From: Adineta vaga
Lineage: Eukaryota > Animalia > Rotifera
Assembly: GCA_021613535.1 (NCBI GenBank)
Contig: CP075494.1
Span: 12,028,001 to 12,092,000, forward strand
Direction: 5' to 3'
Length of the DNA: 64,000 bases
Shown here piece after piece: positions 13,440 to 27,041 of the stretch. The notes beneath the pieces were generated by a model that had not been told where the DNA came from, did not search any database, and saw only the letters and a list, made by a program, of their open reading frames with translations. Each line of letters begins with the position of its first letter. Positions within the stretch are counted from its first letter, which is position 1. The position numbers were made by a program, and so were the translations under genes.

Positions 13440-16400
13440 ATGCGTGAGAAAAAACGAAGTCAAGAATATGTTCAACGATCTTTATCAGTTGACGTAAGAA
13501 GAAAATTTCGTTTTCCGTTTCGAAAAACAAAATAATTGTTTTTGCACTTCTATTTAAAGAAAGAAGAAGAAGAAAATGTTCTTCGTCAAGCTGTTGAACA
13601 CGAATATACAACGTTATATCGTCAAGTACATAAAGGTGCACAAGAAACAGCTCGGTAAAATGATTATACTTTGAACATATTTTAAATCTTCATTCAGAGT
13701 CAGAATTGAACAGTAGAGATGTTTCTTTGTTTTATAATTGACATACATTCATCATATTATAATTCTTCTATCCATTTTAGTCATATTCTTCGACATGTCA
13801 TCCAACCACCTGCACCACAAGCATTAACTATTTCTATTCCTACATCTACAAATGAATTAAATAACGATAAAGATGATAATAATACAACTATTTCAGTTAC
13901 TGTTGCCGATGGATGTAATAAAAATCCACATAAGAATTCGACGATTCCAACAATCATGCCAACACTTCCTATCGTTCGAGAATTGATTTCCTACGTACCA
14001 ACAATGAGAAATGTTGCTACACGTGGTCATCTTATTGGTATACCATATTTAGGAGATAAATTTGATGCTGAAGATCAACGATTAATCAATTCAATATCTA
14101 TCGAACCGACCAAACAACAGAAACTAATACGAAGTATAAGATTTCGTACGTTATCTTATTATAAATTCTATTTTTGTTGTCATTAGAAAAAAAACTCGAT
14201 GAACAATCATTAGAAACTGTATATAAATCCCTTCGATCAAATCATCTATGGACTAATTATTCAAATGAACAAATTATTGATGCTATACTTCGTAAGAAAA
14301 AGTGCCAGTTGAAATAAAGTGATTCTATTTACTTTCTTCTGTCATAGATTATCATCGTGATTCCACACCGAGAGCTAATCTTCTTAAATTAGCAAATCAA
14401 AATGATTGTCCTCTTGTGGAAAAACAACGATATCACACAAATATAGATGAATATATTGCTTTAGATGTAGATATTGATGAATTAATAATTAAACCTTGGT
14501 GTTCACGATTTTGTCCACGATGTTATACATATAAGTAAGTTTTCTATTCTTATTGCTGAGGATAAGTCAAAAGCACAATGTCTAATATACTTTATTAATT
14601 ATCGTATTACTTTTGTAGTTGTTTATTGCATAAGGAAGGTCCATCGTATTTACCATTACCGAAGAAATTTTCTCTTTCACTTGACAATCAATCAGAACCA
14701 TGTAGTGCTACATGTTATAAACATCAACGTGAACAACTAAAACGTCCATTATCACCATCATCTGCTTGTTCGAATGAATCAATAACTTCGATTGATAATA
14801 ACAATAAAAAACGTCAACGACGAAATTCAAATATAATGCTCATTATCTCAGATGAAAATCTCACTCATGAACATCCTCTTGATGTTAATGTTCGACAAAT
14901 TGATGTACAAAAACGATTATCAACACAATGTCTAACAAGAATTGAAAATCAAATGAATTGTCAAACAATGCCATTGATGCCGTTAGATAATAATTGGACC
15001 TTAACTGATCGAAGTATATTTCGTTTATTTTATTTTCTCTTCGATGGTGATTTATGTTTATTAAAACATTTGTATCAATTAAATCAAACATGTCAACATC
15101 TTTACGAAGAATTCATACGTGATTCGAAATATTTTTCCGAACGTTTATCATTAAAACATGGTTCACCATTTTTAATACGTCATCCATATCGAAGACGTAT
15201 GCCTGAAGGAACAACACGTGCATTTCTTCTCTATATTAAACGTACGCTTAATCGGCCCAATGAAAATCATCATCAAAAGAATACAGCAACAACTTTAAAA
15301 CCATCGTATCAACCTTGTTCACATGATGGACCATGTACAATCGATAATCCTCAATGTTGCTGTATGAAAATGGGTACATTTTGTGAAAAATTTTGTAATT
15401 GTTCTATTGATTGTCCACATCGATTTCCTGGTTGTGCTTGCAGAGGATCATGTTTATTTAATAGCTGTTTATGTAGTGCTGAAGGCCGTGAATGTGATCC
15501 TGATTTATGTCATAATTGTGGAGCGTCATTATTTTTTGATGAATTAAATGCTTCAATTAAATTGTAAGTTGTTTTTCTTTTTCGTTGATAGAATTTCATT
15601 GTTTCTGTTCTTTTGTTATTTTTTTCTCTAGAGAAACAGCGGAATCGCCATCAGTATCGACGAAACCAGAAGAAAAATCTTTATCAACAGGATCAGTTCG
15701 AAATGTACGATCACGAACTCTCGGTAATTTACCAACTCGATCTCAAACTCTTCGATCATGTCGTGTCAACGAACCAACTTATAAAATAATTCCCAAACAA
15801 TCACGACGTGCTAATTCTAGAGCATCGTTAAATTCTATTGTAGCTCAACCGTTACCGATTATAACATGTGCAAATATTTCTTTACAACGAAAAATTCATA
15901 AACAAATTCTTATTGCCGAATCCGATAGTAATAGAATTTCATTGTTTTTCTTTTCCAACATTTCTTCGTTTTAGTTGCTGGTTATGGAGCGTTTCTTGGT
16001 TCACCAATTGCCTATCCTGGTGATTTAATTGCTGAATATACAGGTGAAATTATTTCAGAAGAAGAAGCTGATCGACGTGGTCGACTTTATGATAAACGTG
16101 CATGTTCTTATTTATTTAATCTTGATATGCAACATTGTATTGATGCTCGACAATTTGGCAATAAATTACGGTTAGATATAGATTAACTTTGAATATTCTG
16201 ATGTGATTCTCTTTAGATTTGCTAATCATTCCTCGAAACCGAATTGTGTTCCAAAAATAAAATTAGTCAATGGTAAATTTTCTTTTCTTCTATTTTGAAT
16301 TTCTTTATGAATTCTCGTTTACTTTTTTTTCAGGTGATTATCGTATTGGTATATATGCGAAAGAAGTTATTTTTCAAGGTGATGAATTATTTTTCGAATA

Positions 16401-16530
16401 TATGTATGATGCTTATCAACGTCAACAGTTTATTAATAATGAACGAATTGATGAAACTGAACGAGAGAATGTCACAATTTTAACACGATATGCTGATAGT
16501 TTTATGCTAGTTCAACCATCAATTGATTGA
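13440..16530 (+). CDS. EZH2: Enhancer of zeste (EZH1/2-family) H3K27 methyltransferase, divergent
   Basis: SAL/SRM-like YVPTMRN...IPYLGD; FCPRCYTY.CLLH; SANT2-like WTLTDRSIFR; CXC FCEKFCNC...RFPGC...RECDPDLC; SET AEYTGEIISEEEADRRG...RFANHS...GDYRIGIYAK...ELFFEY; first exon inferred from GT-AG sites. Confidence 0.9.
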
Positions 16531-16789
16531 AATTCTTTTTCTCTCAATGTTAGATAATATTCCTGTTCTGTTTCTTCTATACATTAGTTTTTATTTTGTT
16601 AGAAACGAAAAAAGTGAATGCATTTTTTTTTGATTCATGGATGTTCATGACCTATTTTTTTTTGTTCTTTATTGTTAAACACAATCAAATAAAACAAATG
16701 ATGAAATTAGAATTGATTTTCTTTTGAAATCTCTATAAATATAAACATATACATTATTATTATTATTATTATTATAGTATAGAAACGAA

Positions 16790-18148
16790 ATGCCACTCAT
16801 TGTTATCTCCGGTGGTCCTTGTTCAGGCAAATCAACGCGAGCAAAAGAATTAGATGAATATTTCAAAACAAAATCAATGCCCGTACAAATCATTACGGAT
16901 AATAATCTAGATAGAAATGCTGTTTATGCAGGTTTTACTAATTAATATTTTCAAATTCTTCTTCTATTTATCTTTTCATTTCTGTTGGAAAACAAAGATA
17001 ATACACTTGAAAAACAAGCACGAAGTGATTTGAAAGCTGAAACACAAAGGTAGAAATAATCTTCTTATAAGCATTGGATTTTAATCTTTCATTTCAGATT
17101 AGTAACAAAAACTGATTTAGTTATTCTTGATGCATTGAATTATATCAAAGGTAATATGAATTATGTTTTCTATTTGTGTCTGTTACATCTTACGGAAATC
17201 TAAGGCTTCCTAGTTGTAATGTATCATGATAGAGAAAAGAAAGGAAATAAACAGCTTTTCTTGAGATACATCTAAAAATGATTTGATTATTTACATCATT
17301 TTTTTGTCGAATTATTTCAGGTTATCGATATGAACTTTATTGCATAACAAAATTATATCAAACTGTTCAATGTACAGTAAGTTCTTCGTCTTTCACACTA
17401 GTTACTGATTTATTCGAACTTGAAGATTTATTGTAATACACCTGTTCATCTTGCACGTGAATGGAATGCAGCAACTCATCGATATGATCCATCAATGTAA
17501 GAATATTCAAATTAGTTACATCATCGTTTGATCTATAACTTGTTTGATTAGTTTTGATGCATTGGTACAACGTTATGAACCACCTGAAGGTCGCAATCGT
17601 TGGGATGCACCATTATTTGAAATAACACCTGAAGATCAATTACCAATAGAACAAATTGCAGATTATTTAGCAAATAAGCGTCCACCACCACCAAATAAAT
17701 CAACAGTTAATGTAAGTTTCATTACTCACGGAATTTCTCTAATAATTTACTTTTTATTTCAGTTACCAATATCGGATACAAATTTCCTGCATGATGTTGA
17801 TCGTGTTACTCAAGATGTTATTGATGTATGTTGATGATTGTAATGAAAGATTGATTTTTTAGTATGTTTGTTTTAGTCAATTGTTCAACAAAGTAAAATG
17901 GCTGTATTTGGTCAACAATTTTCAATTCCTGGAACAACAGAAAAGGTAAAGAAGAACTTGAATAAAAGAAAAAAGAAGTTATCTTTTTCATTTTATCTTA
18001 GATTAATTGGAATCAAAATCATTCGGTTTCGGATCTACGTCGAATTCGTCAACAGTATTTGAAATTTATAAAAACTCATCCACCATCGAAAGATAATACG
18101 AATGTTACTACCATGTTTGTTCAATTTCTTAACAACAATCTTTGTTAA
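16790..18148 (+). CDS. KTI12: KTI12 (Elongator-associated P-loop ATPase)
   Basis: MPLIVISGGPCSGKSTRA, VILDALNYIKGYRYELYC, LVQRYEPPEGRNRWDAPLF, TNFLHDVDRVTQ, MFVQFLN. Confidence 0.93.
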
Positions 18149-19197
18149 CAGATTGTTTTTCTTCTTTCCGCTCGTTTTTTATAATAAAGACAAACATGTG
18201 CGCACGAAAGATTGACATGACACGTCACCTTCTCTAATCAATGAATCATTATTTCTCTCACCACAGATGCCGTTTTTACTCAACGTATTAAAATACGATA
18301 CTTCTTCAACAACGGTCGTTTTTTTTCTTCTTTGCAACATGGTAAACCGTGTACCGTAGGCTATTTTCTCACATCTTTACTTACAATGAAGTTCTAATGT
18401 ATAGTATCAAATAAAAAGAACTTCTCATTCATTATTAACGGTATACCTCATATGAATCCACATATTATCTATGGAAAGTTTTTATGTTTTATTTCTTCGT
18501 TTAAGATATAAGAAATACTTGAGTTGATAGTCTCTTCGTCGAAAGAAAAAAAAGTGTATATGCTAAATGAGAAAATCATGTTCTTGATGCATTTTAACGA
18601 GTTATAAATACTCTCTGGAAATAAGCAGAATATTATTGATAGAAACAAAAGTTATTTACATATCAAATGATTAATACTTTTTCCTATTAGATAGAATAGT
18701 TAGTATAGTCGAACAAAGGGATGGAGTTTTAGCTTTCAGTTATACAATTATATTTTTCAAGGATTTCCGATGGATGACACATGTTAAAGAGTATCCAATT
18801 CAAAATAATGACAAGACTTTAGACTTAGAAGAAAGATTCAGAATTATAATTATCAAGGTCGTGCCTACTGAGTCGTTAATATGAAGACATTTGTGTGTTG
18901 AATATTCTTAACAATGTTTTAGTCTTTCTCGTCAATATACAAACATCTCGATCGATTCTTTCTTATCCCTTAATCAAATTTCTAGTTACGATACATAATC
19001 CGATCAATTTGCTCATATCTCGAGCGATTCTACTAGACTACCATTTTCTTCATAGATTCACAATTGTTTTCCTGTTGAATACGAACGATCCGAAAATTTG
19101 ATTGATTAAATCTCCTAGCTGACAAATACGAAGCTTCTTGTGACTTAAATTCATCACTAGCATCGATATTAACAATAATTTTCACATCAAGTGAACT

Positions 19198-20376
19198 ATG
19201 CTTCTTATTCGTTCTCCAACGTTAACATTTGCATTTATATTTTTCATTCTTTCAATTTGTTTAACAATTATTACTTTCAATATTCAATATGATGATTCTC
19301 AATATCTTATACAATTCTTAATCATATGTCCACCATTAAATTCTATATTTCTCTTTCTTTTTGCGGCAACATGGATTGAACGTCGATTTCGTTTATCCTA
19401 TATGCCAGTTATATGTTTAACTATTTTAATGTTATCATCATTAACATTAACAATTATATCAAGTATACTTCTATCATTATCTGTTCTAATGTATTTGAAT
19501 TTAATATTTTATTCATTCTTCTTTCTTCTATTTTTATCCATAGTTATCATAATAATCATAGCATATTCCTATGGTTCATTATTCATTCATCGTTATCGAA
19601 ATATGATGACAAATGAACAACAAAATACAGAAATATTAAAAGATATTGAACTTTTAAAACTCGATCAATTAGTTTTGAAATCACCTAACAATGATGAACT
19701 TATTCTATTCATGTCAAAATTACCAGGTCGCCGTATTCGTCATGATATTCGTAATATACAAGATGATTTAAATCAAATAAATGCTCATACAATTATAACA
19801 TTGAATGAAATCAAAGAATTATCATTTATGAATATGGCTAATAAAAATCTTTATAATATGGATATCTATTCCATGCATATCAAACGAGCTAATATGGAAC
19901 ATATTATTTATCCAATACGTGATCGTTTTATTCCGAAATCAATAAGTGATTATATGCAATTTTTATATTGCATTATACTTAATGTAAATCGTTCAAATCG
20001 GAATCGATTACTAGTACATTGTATGGGTGGAATGGGAAGAACGGGTTTGACAATTGTTTGTTTACAATTAACTTATGAATATATAATGAAAAAAGATGAT
20101 GAACCAGAGAAAAAACAGAAATTTCTCGAACGATTTTGTCATTATCCATTGTTATTAACAAATCATTGTCGCGTATGTCAAACAATTACAAATGTTAGAA
20201 AAGTACGAAAAGGTACAATTCATAATCCATTACAAATCTTATTTGCTCATGAATATTATGCTCGTTTGAAATCAACATCATACATGCAACAAATCAAACA
20301 AATTCTCGATCGAAGTGAAAGACTTCTATCAAGCACTCAAGATGAATTTCCATTAATAACAAATCTTTCACTTTAA
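19198..20376 (+). CDS. Multi-pass membrane protein fused to a CDKN3/KAP-like dual-specificity phosphatase domain, intronless, 392 aa
   Basis: About four hydrophobic segments in aa 1-130; MSKLPGR...DDL; PIRD acid loop; intact HCMGGMGRT (CX5R); VRKVRKGTI...Q. Confidence 0.8.
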   Translation: MLLIRSPTLTFAFIFFILSICLTIITFNIQYDDSQYLIQFLIICPPLNSIFLFLFAATWIERRFRLSYMPVICLTILMLSSLTLTIISSILLSLSVLMYLNLIFYSFFFLLFLSIVIIIIIAYSYGSLFIHRYRNMMTNEQQNTEILKDIELLKLDQLVLKSPNNDELILFMSKLPGRRIRHDIRNIQDDLNQINAHTIITLNEIKELSFMNMANKNLYNMDIYSMHIKRANMEHIIYPIRDRFIPKSISDYMQFLYCIILNVNRSNRNRLLVHCMGGMGRTGLTIVCLQLTYEYIMKKDDEPEKKQKFLERFCHYPLLLTNHCRVCQTITNVRKVRKGTIHNPLQILFAHEYYARLKSTSYMQQIKQILDRSERLLSSTQDEFPLITNLSL

Positions 20377-21872
20377 TAATTGTATGTGTGAAAAAAGTCA
20401 AATAGAAACAAACATGTTTTCCCCTTTTTCTAAACATCAAACATATGTTATAATATTATGTAAACTAAAAGCTAATCTGATTTTTTTTTCATCGGAAAAG
20501 AAAATGTTCATTTAATTAAAGCCGGAAACAGAAGAAAAACACACATCTTTCGATTTGATCTGCTTCACTGCTGTATATCGAGGCAATATTTCATTCACAG
20601 CATGACACTTTACCCCGGTCATTCTTCCTATTAACAGCATCATTTATCCCACAACTAGAGCAGCGAAAAAAACAAATTCAAACGAAAAAGATGTGATGTT
20701 GTCTTCGCACACATACACACATACATAAACGCATCAGATATCCTTTCCCCTTGTGTGTGTGTGTGTTTTGTTATGTTAAAGAAATTCGAGATATTAAACT
20801 ACTGATTGTTTGAAAGATTTAACAAACAAACGAAACCTTGTTCGTTATATGTGTCAATAGTTATCTAACATTTGTAGATAATTGGATTGAGTTGAAAAAC
20901 GATTTAAATCTTTTGACAAGTGATAGTCCGACCGTTTGATACAAAGCTATAATCAAATCGATAATTAATATACAAGAAATGTCATTTCTTTTTCTCTCTT
21001 ATTGATATCTTGTTCATTCATTCATTCATTCATCCATCATTCTTATGTAAAACAGTCATTTTCGTTTCCACTTCAAATGAATGAATGCATCATTGTCATA
21101 ACATGCAATTGGCACGTTGAATTCTAGACGAAAAGACAATCTTTCTTTTCTGATTGAATATTGATAACATATTTCCCGTTGTTCAAAGAAATTTCATTCT
21201 TTTGTTTGTTCTGAAATTAACACTCGACATTTCTCTACAACAGATTACGTCAAATTGCTTTGAAAAGAAAGATGACCTCGACACTACTGTGTATGCAATT
21301 CAACGAATCGATAAACATTCTAGAGTTAGGAAATTCACCGATTCTCAATGTTTTATTTTAAACTGCTTCGTCATCATCATCAGCATAATGTTATTTGTTT
21401 AACTCGTAAAAATGTATTCGAAGAATTAGTCCTATCGATTTCAACTTGTATATGCCGAACACATCAATCGTAACAACAGAAGTCAATAATCATAAAAAAA
21501 GAAGATTTTTTTCTTTTAATATCTTTCTTAAATAAATCAAGTTTCAAATCATCAAACACAGCAATGTATGTTTAAAGTATAACAACGAAAAAAAATAAGC
21601 GAAATTTTCTTGCACATACAATGCGCATTAGTGTTTTTTTTTATCTTCATCGCGTCTTCCACACACGGTCATATCCGAGCAAAAATCAACAAACAAACAA
21701 AAAAATAATAATAATAATAATTAATAACAAGAGACAAAATCACATGTGAACTATACATACAACAGACGTGATATATAAATAGAAAAATAAGTTCAATATA
21801 GAGACGAAAACGAAAAGAGAAAATTTCAAATCTAAGGGAAACTTTGAAGATAGGTTTCTTTGCTATGAAATT

Positions 21873-22550
21873 CTACTTTTGAAGTAAAAATGACGAAAGA
21901 AAGATATCATCGGGCGTTAGTAGTGGTGAATCCATTGGAGAAATTGAACGAGATGATGATACTGATGAACGAGTATCACTACCAAATGATGATGAAGGTG
22001 ATATACTTTTACATGACAAAGTTTCAGTACATTGATCATGAACAAAATGGCATCGTGGACCATACGGACCTATTGAGACAAATAGATAAGTTTTAAATAG
22101 TTCAATCGATTTTTTATGTCAACTTACAATAACCAGTACAATGATATGTTCGACAAAGAACTGTTTTATATTTTGGATGTCGATTTAACGAACGTATTTC
22201 ATTATAGCCATGAGCGAATTGACATTTTTCTCCATACTTGCAAAAGCCTGTTTCATGATATGAACGACATAATTCCGTTTTATAACGTTGTGATGCTGTT
22301 TTACTATTATTATCTATTGATGTTTGAATTAGATGTGTCGTCATTGATGTCAAATGTTGAGAATTCGAACGAACAACAGGTCCTCCAACAGCTTTCGAAT
22401 AAACTTTAGATGGTGATGATGATGTCGGAGATAAAACATTAACATTCTAAATAAAAACATTATTTTTCTCAAATATCTATGGAAACTATTTGGAAAACTT
22501 ACAATTGATGTAAGCATATCATGTAAATAACAAGCTGGAAGTTGATACAT
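21873..22550 (-). CDS. ZFP36: Tristetraprolin/TIS11 (ZFP36-family) tandem CCCH ARE-binding protein, 3 exons
   Basis: RYKTELC-x8-C-x5-C-x3-H and KYKTVLC...YC|[10 protein letters not shown]; introns ~22447-22502 and ~22070-22127. Confidence 0.92.
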
Positions 22551-24028
22551 GGTAGTGAATATCAAGGCACCAATGTCGAGACAATAAGATGACGAATATG
22601 TACGTGCACGTCGTCTATCCTCTTATATATATATTTTTCTCTTTTCCAAACGAATGTCTAGTGCATACAATCTCTCTCTCTCTCTCTTCCTCTTCTTTTC
22701 TTCTCTTTTCGTATGAACCAGCCATGTGAAGAAATCAAAGCCAATAGGAAAACACTCATTCTCGTTGCTTCTTTTTCAAATGACGTAAACAATTTTCATA
22801 TTGGCATGCTATCAAAAATATCGTTAATAATGCATTAAAAGAATGAAACAATTGACTAGTTTCCAAAAATGAGATCTTTTCAATGTTTGATATATTTGAT
22901 GAGGATGATGATAAAGGGCCTTTTGAAATGCACACTAGGCAATCTCAATAGTCTTTTTTTCTTTTGATCAAAATGAACAAGCTACTTGTTATTTTATATA
23001 AAAGAGAGATAGAACTATGAGAATTCAAAATGGATAAGAGACCATCTTATCACCTTGTTTAGTTGAGAAAAAAAAACAAAATGATATTCACACGTGCACA
23101 TTGGGATAAAAATGAATATCTAACACTCAAAAGAGATTAAGTGATGATGATAGCTTTATTTCGATTAGCTTCTGTCAAAATTAAAGTTTTTCATGAATTT
23201 AAATGTCAAAACGAAAAGCCTAATCATTATACTTGTTATACAATCAATTGATAGAATGAAATGAAACGATTCATGTAGACATGCATCACAGAGGTGCTAC
23301 TCTTGATTTTCCCATTGTAGAACTCGGAAATATTCCTCTTTGACAAGCTACTTGTCTAACAAGTTCAAAGTAGATACACCCTGGAGAGAAAGAGAGACAC
23401 ACACAGAAAAAAAGTGTCATGAATGCATAAATAGGAATCGAACGATGATCGATGAGGATCATCTCTTTGATTTGATCAATGTTCATTCAAAAGTGACGTA
23501 AACCTCATTAATCGAATAAGATAAAAGAAAACATCCCTACAGAAGAAGAAGAAAACACCTAATATCTATTATCCAAGATTAAAATTATCTCTAAAATTCA
23601 ATCTATCCTATCCATTTCAATCCAATATAAATATTCGCGTCATAAATTCGAGAAAAAAAAGGTTATAATTTGATAGATATCCTGCAATGTCAATTGACAC
23701 AATCACTACGCAACATGCAATTGAAATTGAAAAAAAAAAACGCTACGCATTTTCTGCATCCTTCACCTGCTCGTATTGTATCAAGATGATAGTAATTGCC
23801 TTCTAGCAAGTCAAATGCGATATGCAGGTGATGATTAAACAAAATAGGAAAAAAAATTCTATCGATCGATCGATTACAATTGTTTTTTAACAATGTAATA
23901 TAACTTACTATTTAGTCTCATTATGTATTGTGATATTATTCAGTTATAGATATTGTCAAAGGCAATTTGAACAATCTTTCGCAAATAAATCTGTTTGTTT
24001 ATTTTTATTTTCAAAAAAAACTATTTGT

Positions 24029-26537
24029 TTAACCATCTTCCTTATCTATATTTTCATTATAATCAAGTGTTTGGAGAAAGTAAAGTAAATGTGCTATTTT
24101 AGGATTTGTAGTTGTCGAAGCTGGTCGGTGTTGAACATCACCAGATATAGCACTAACACAGAAACTACTTGATGGTGATAATTCATTCGTAAAGACTGAA
24201 CTTAAATGACTTGTAGAAGAATTGACACGTGGTAAAGTAAGAAGTTGTTCCGTACTACCGTTCGAACGACGAAGAGGACTCTGAAAGAATAGAATTAACA
24301 TATATTTAAAGAAGATATTTTGTTCAATACAAACATGTGAACTTTGAAAAGATGGTATTGTTAACGCATTGTTATTTCGTATATCGCATCTAAAAGAAAA
24401 TTATGGGAATATTTTGATAAAATTTCGAAAAATCGTTATACTTGATATTTTCATTGGATATACAATCATATTCATAAGGTGATGCACTTGGATGAGGAGC
24501 CACGGAAATCTTTATATTGATAATAGGAAAAGTTGAAAGAGAAAACAACGAAAACAAAGAAGAATTAATAACATACCATACTTGAATGGTTACTTGGAAG
24601 TAAAAGTGGACTTTCAATATTCATTGAATCACTTCTCATACTACCATAAGCTGTACTATTCGACTGAGCACTAATACGATGATGTTGAATTGAACGAAAT
24701 GCCACTTGATGTTGTTGTTGTTCTAGCAAAGTTCAAGAAAAATACTTCTCGTGATCTCGATAATTATTTTATATGACTTTTATGTTCTTAAAATATATCG
24801 TCCCCAGCATTTATTTCTTACTTGTTTGGATAGATTCATTTGAATAATCTTCTTTATTTAATAAACTTTCTTCTTCATTCGCTCCATAGACTCCAGTAAT
24901 GTGTATAGCTGGTAGAATTGCTTTTTTTGCAATTTGCTTCAAAGGATTAACCATTGGCACTCGATGTACAGGTAATATCATACTTGTACCAACTGATAAT
25001 TCTCCCAAATTATCTCCTAACAACTACAAAGAAGGTATCGGAAGTTTTAAAGATGGAAATTCTGAGAAAAGATTAATTTACATCAACATTTAGTAAAGCA
25101 CCTTGATCAACAATTATATCTTCATCATCATCATCAATATCATTATTTTCTTGTATAATATTTGCTTGATTAGTAAATTCATTCAATTGATTGCCCTATT
25201 TCAAAAAGTAACTAATATCTATCCCGAAAATATTGAAATCATGAACGTTTTTCTTACATTCCAAATTGGTATTATATTTGAAATATTTTCTTTAATATCT
25301 TCAAATTGTTTATCATTATTATCATCTGTTCGTTTATGTTTCTTTTGTTTAAATGCATCTTCACCATGAGTAGTTTTAACATGTTTTCTCAATGAACTTG
25401 GATCTGTATATGATTTACCACAACCTTGAATTTGACATACATATTCTTTCTAAAAAGTGAACATCATACAAGTTTATTTAATTACAGTTTAATCAGAAAA
25501 TTTCGACTTTATTCAAATGTGTTCGTTTAACATGTTTGGTACGATCTGACGGATTGCTAAATGCTTTTGAACAATCAGAATATTCGCATGGATATGGTTT
25601 TTCACCTTTGAAAAAAAAAGCATCTTCATACTATATTCATTTCTTTTTAACGATTACCTGTATGTGAACGTTCATGTAATCGTAAATATTCTGCTCGTGT
25701 AAATGTTTTTGTACAACCAATATGTAAACATTGAAATGGTCGATCTTGTGTATGAGTTCGGAGATGAAGAAATAGAGAATAAAGTGATTTAAATGGTAGC
25801 CGACAACGTGTACATGATTGCCATTGACAATGCCATGTACGAGAATCTGTTCGATCGATATGAACAGAGCGAATATGCTAGACGATGAAATAGTAAAGAT
25901 ACTGTTTTTTATCGAAGGAAAATTTCAAACCTCAGTTAATTGAGTTGGAGTAGAGAAAAGTAGATCACAGCCAGACCATTGACATTGAATTTCACGACGT
26001 TCAATTAATGGAGCAAGAATTTTTCGTGGTGTTGGATTGATTGAATGTTGAACAGTTGGAATAATATTGATTTCCATGGATAATTGTTGTTGTTGTTGTG
26101 ACCGGGATAATAAATGGTCAGACATGGGAGAAAATGATAATGGACGTTTACCTTTTCCATCACTTGAAGAAAATGAGGGTGTTGATAATCGAGAATCTGA
26201 ATAGATGCATGTATAATTGCAAAAGATTAGTGCGTAAAAGCGAAGTAAAAGGTCAAAATATCGTATGCTCTTTACAGATAAATGATATTTTCATTAATCA
26301 AAACACGAAACTTACGTTTTGTTGAAGTAATTGACGGTAATGTGCACGATTTTGAACTTGAGCTCTTTGATGCAACTGACAATACACCGGCATCATTTGT
26401 TACGCCAATAGAAGGCAATACACCTTTTTGTTTTGTAAATTTAGAATTGATTTTACGTTTCAGAAGAAAGACTTACCAAATGTATGTTGAATAAATGTTG
26501 TAGTTTTCGATAAATCTGACCAGTCAATCGGTGTCAT
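24029..26537 (-). CDS. GLI: GLI/Cubitus interruptus-family C2H2 zinc-finger transcription factor, multi-exon
   Basis: N-terminal [12 protein letters not shown] (GLI KRALSISPLSD-like); five fingers CQWSGC..., CQWQSC...PFK, ...[45 protein letters not shown]; 3' exon structure less certain. Confidence 0.85.
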
Positions 26538-27041
26538 CTTTTCCTTTTCAATGAATACATTTCATGTAATAGTGCGATTCATACTCTATTGCTTGTCTTA
26601 TCTTGTTTATTTACTCATCGACTGTCATCCATTATCCTCATTCATTATTACAGATAAATGTGATAATGACTATGCCAGACAGAACAAATCATTTTCTCAC
26701 TTTTTAACAAGAATCTATATATCACTTATACCTGTCTTAATGAAAATATTCTACTTTTCAAGTTAAAATAGCATTAATAATTAATTCTGATTGATTTGAC
26801 ATTTGTCCAAAGAACATCTAAAGATCGTTTACATTAGAGATTTTATGAACATCACAAAACAAAACGTCATTTACTAGTTTGAATTAGCTAGATAGAGTCA
26901 CAGTTGTTCTTTTCTTATGTAAGTTATCTTCTATTTATTGTAGCTGAACATTAACGACCTGAAGATGAGTTATTCGATAACAATTAACCGGTTGCATTAT
27001 TTTCTTTTTTTTAGACGAAATTTCAGACACTATTCGATACT

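Noticed and set aside
21529-21537. ATTTATTTA on the minus strand as an autoregulatory ARE in the ZFP36 3' UTR
   Set aside because: A single occurrence is expected by chance in such AT-rich DNA
26551-26766. 71-aa signal-peptide-like ORF
   Set aside because: It starts 13 bp from the GLI ATG on the opposite strand and has no homology or splice support
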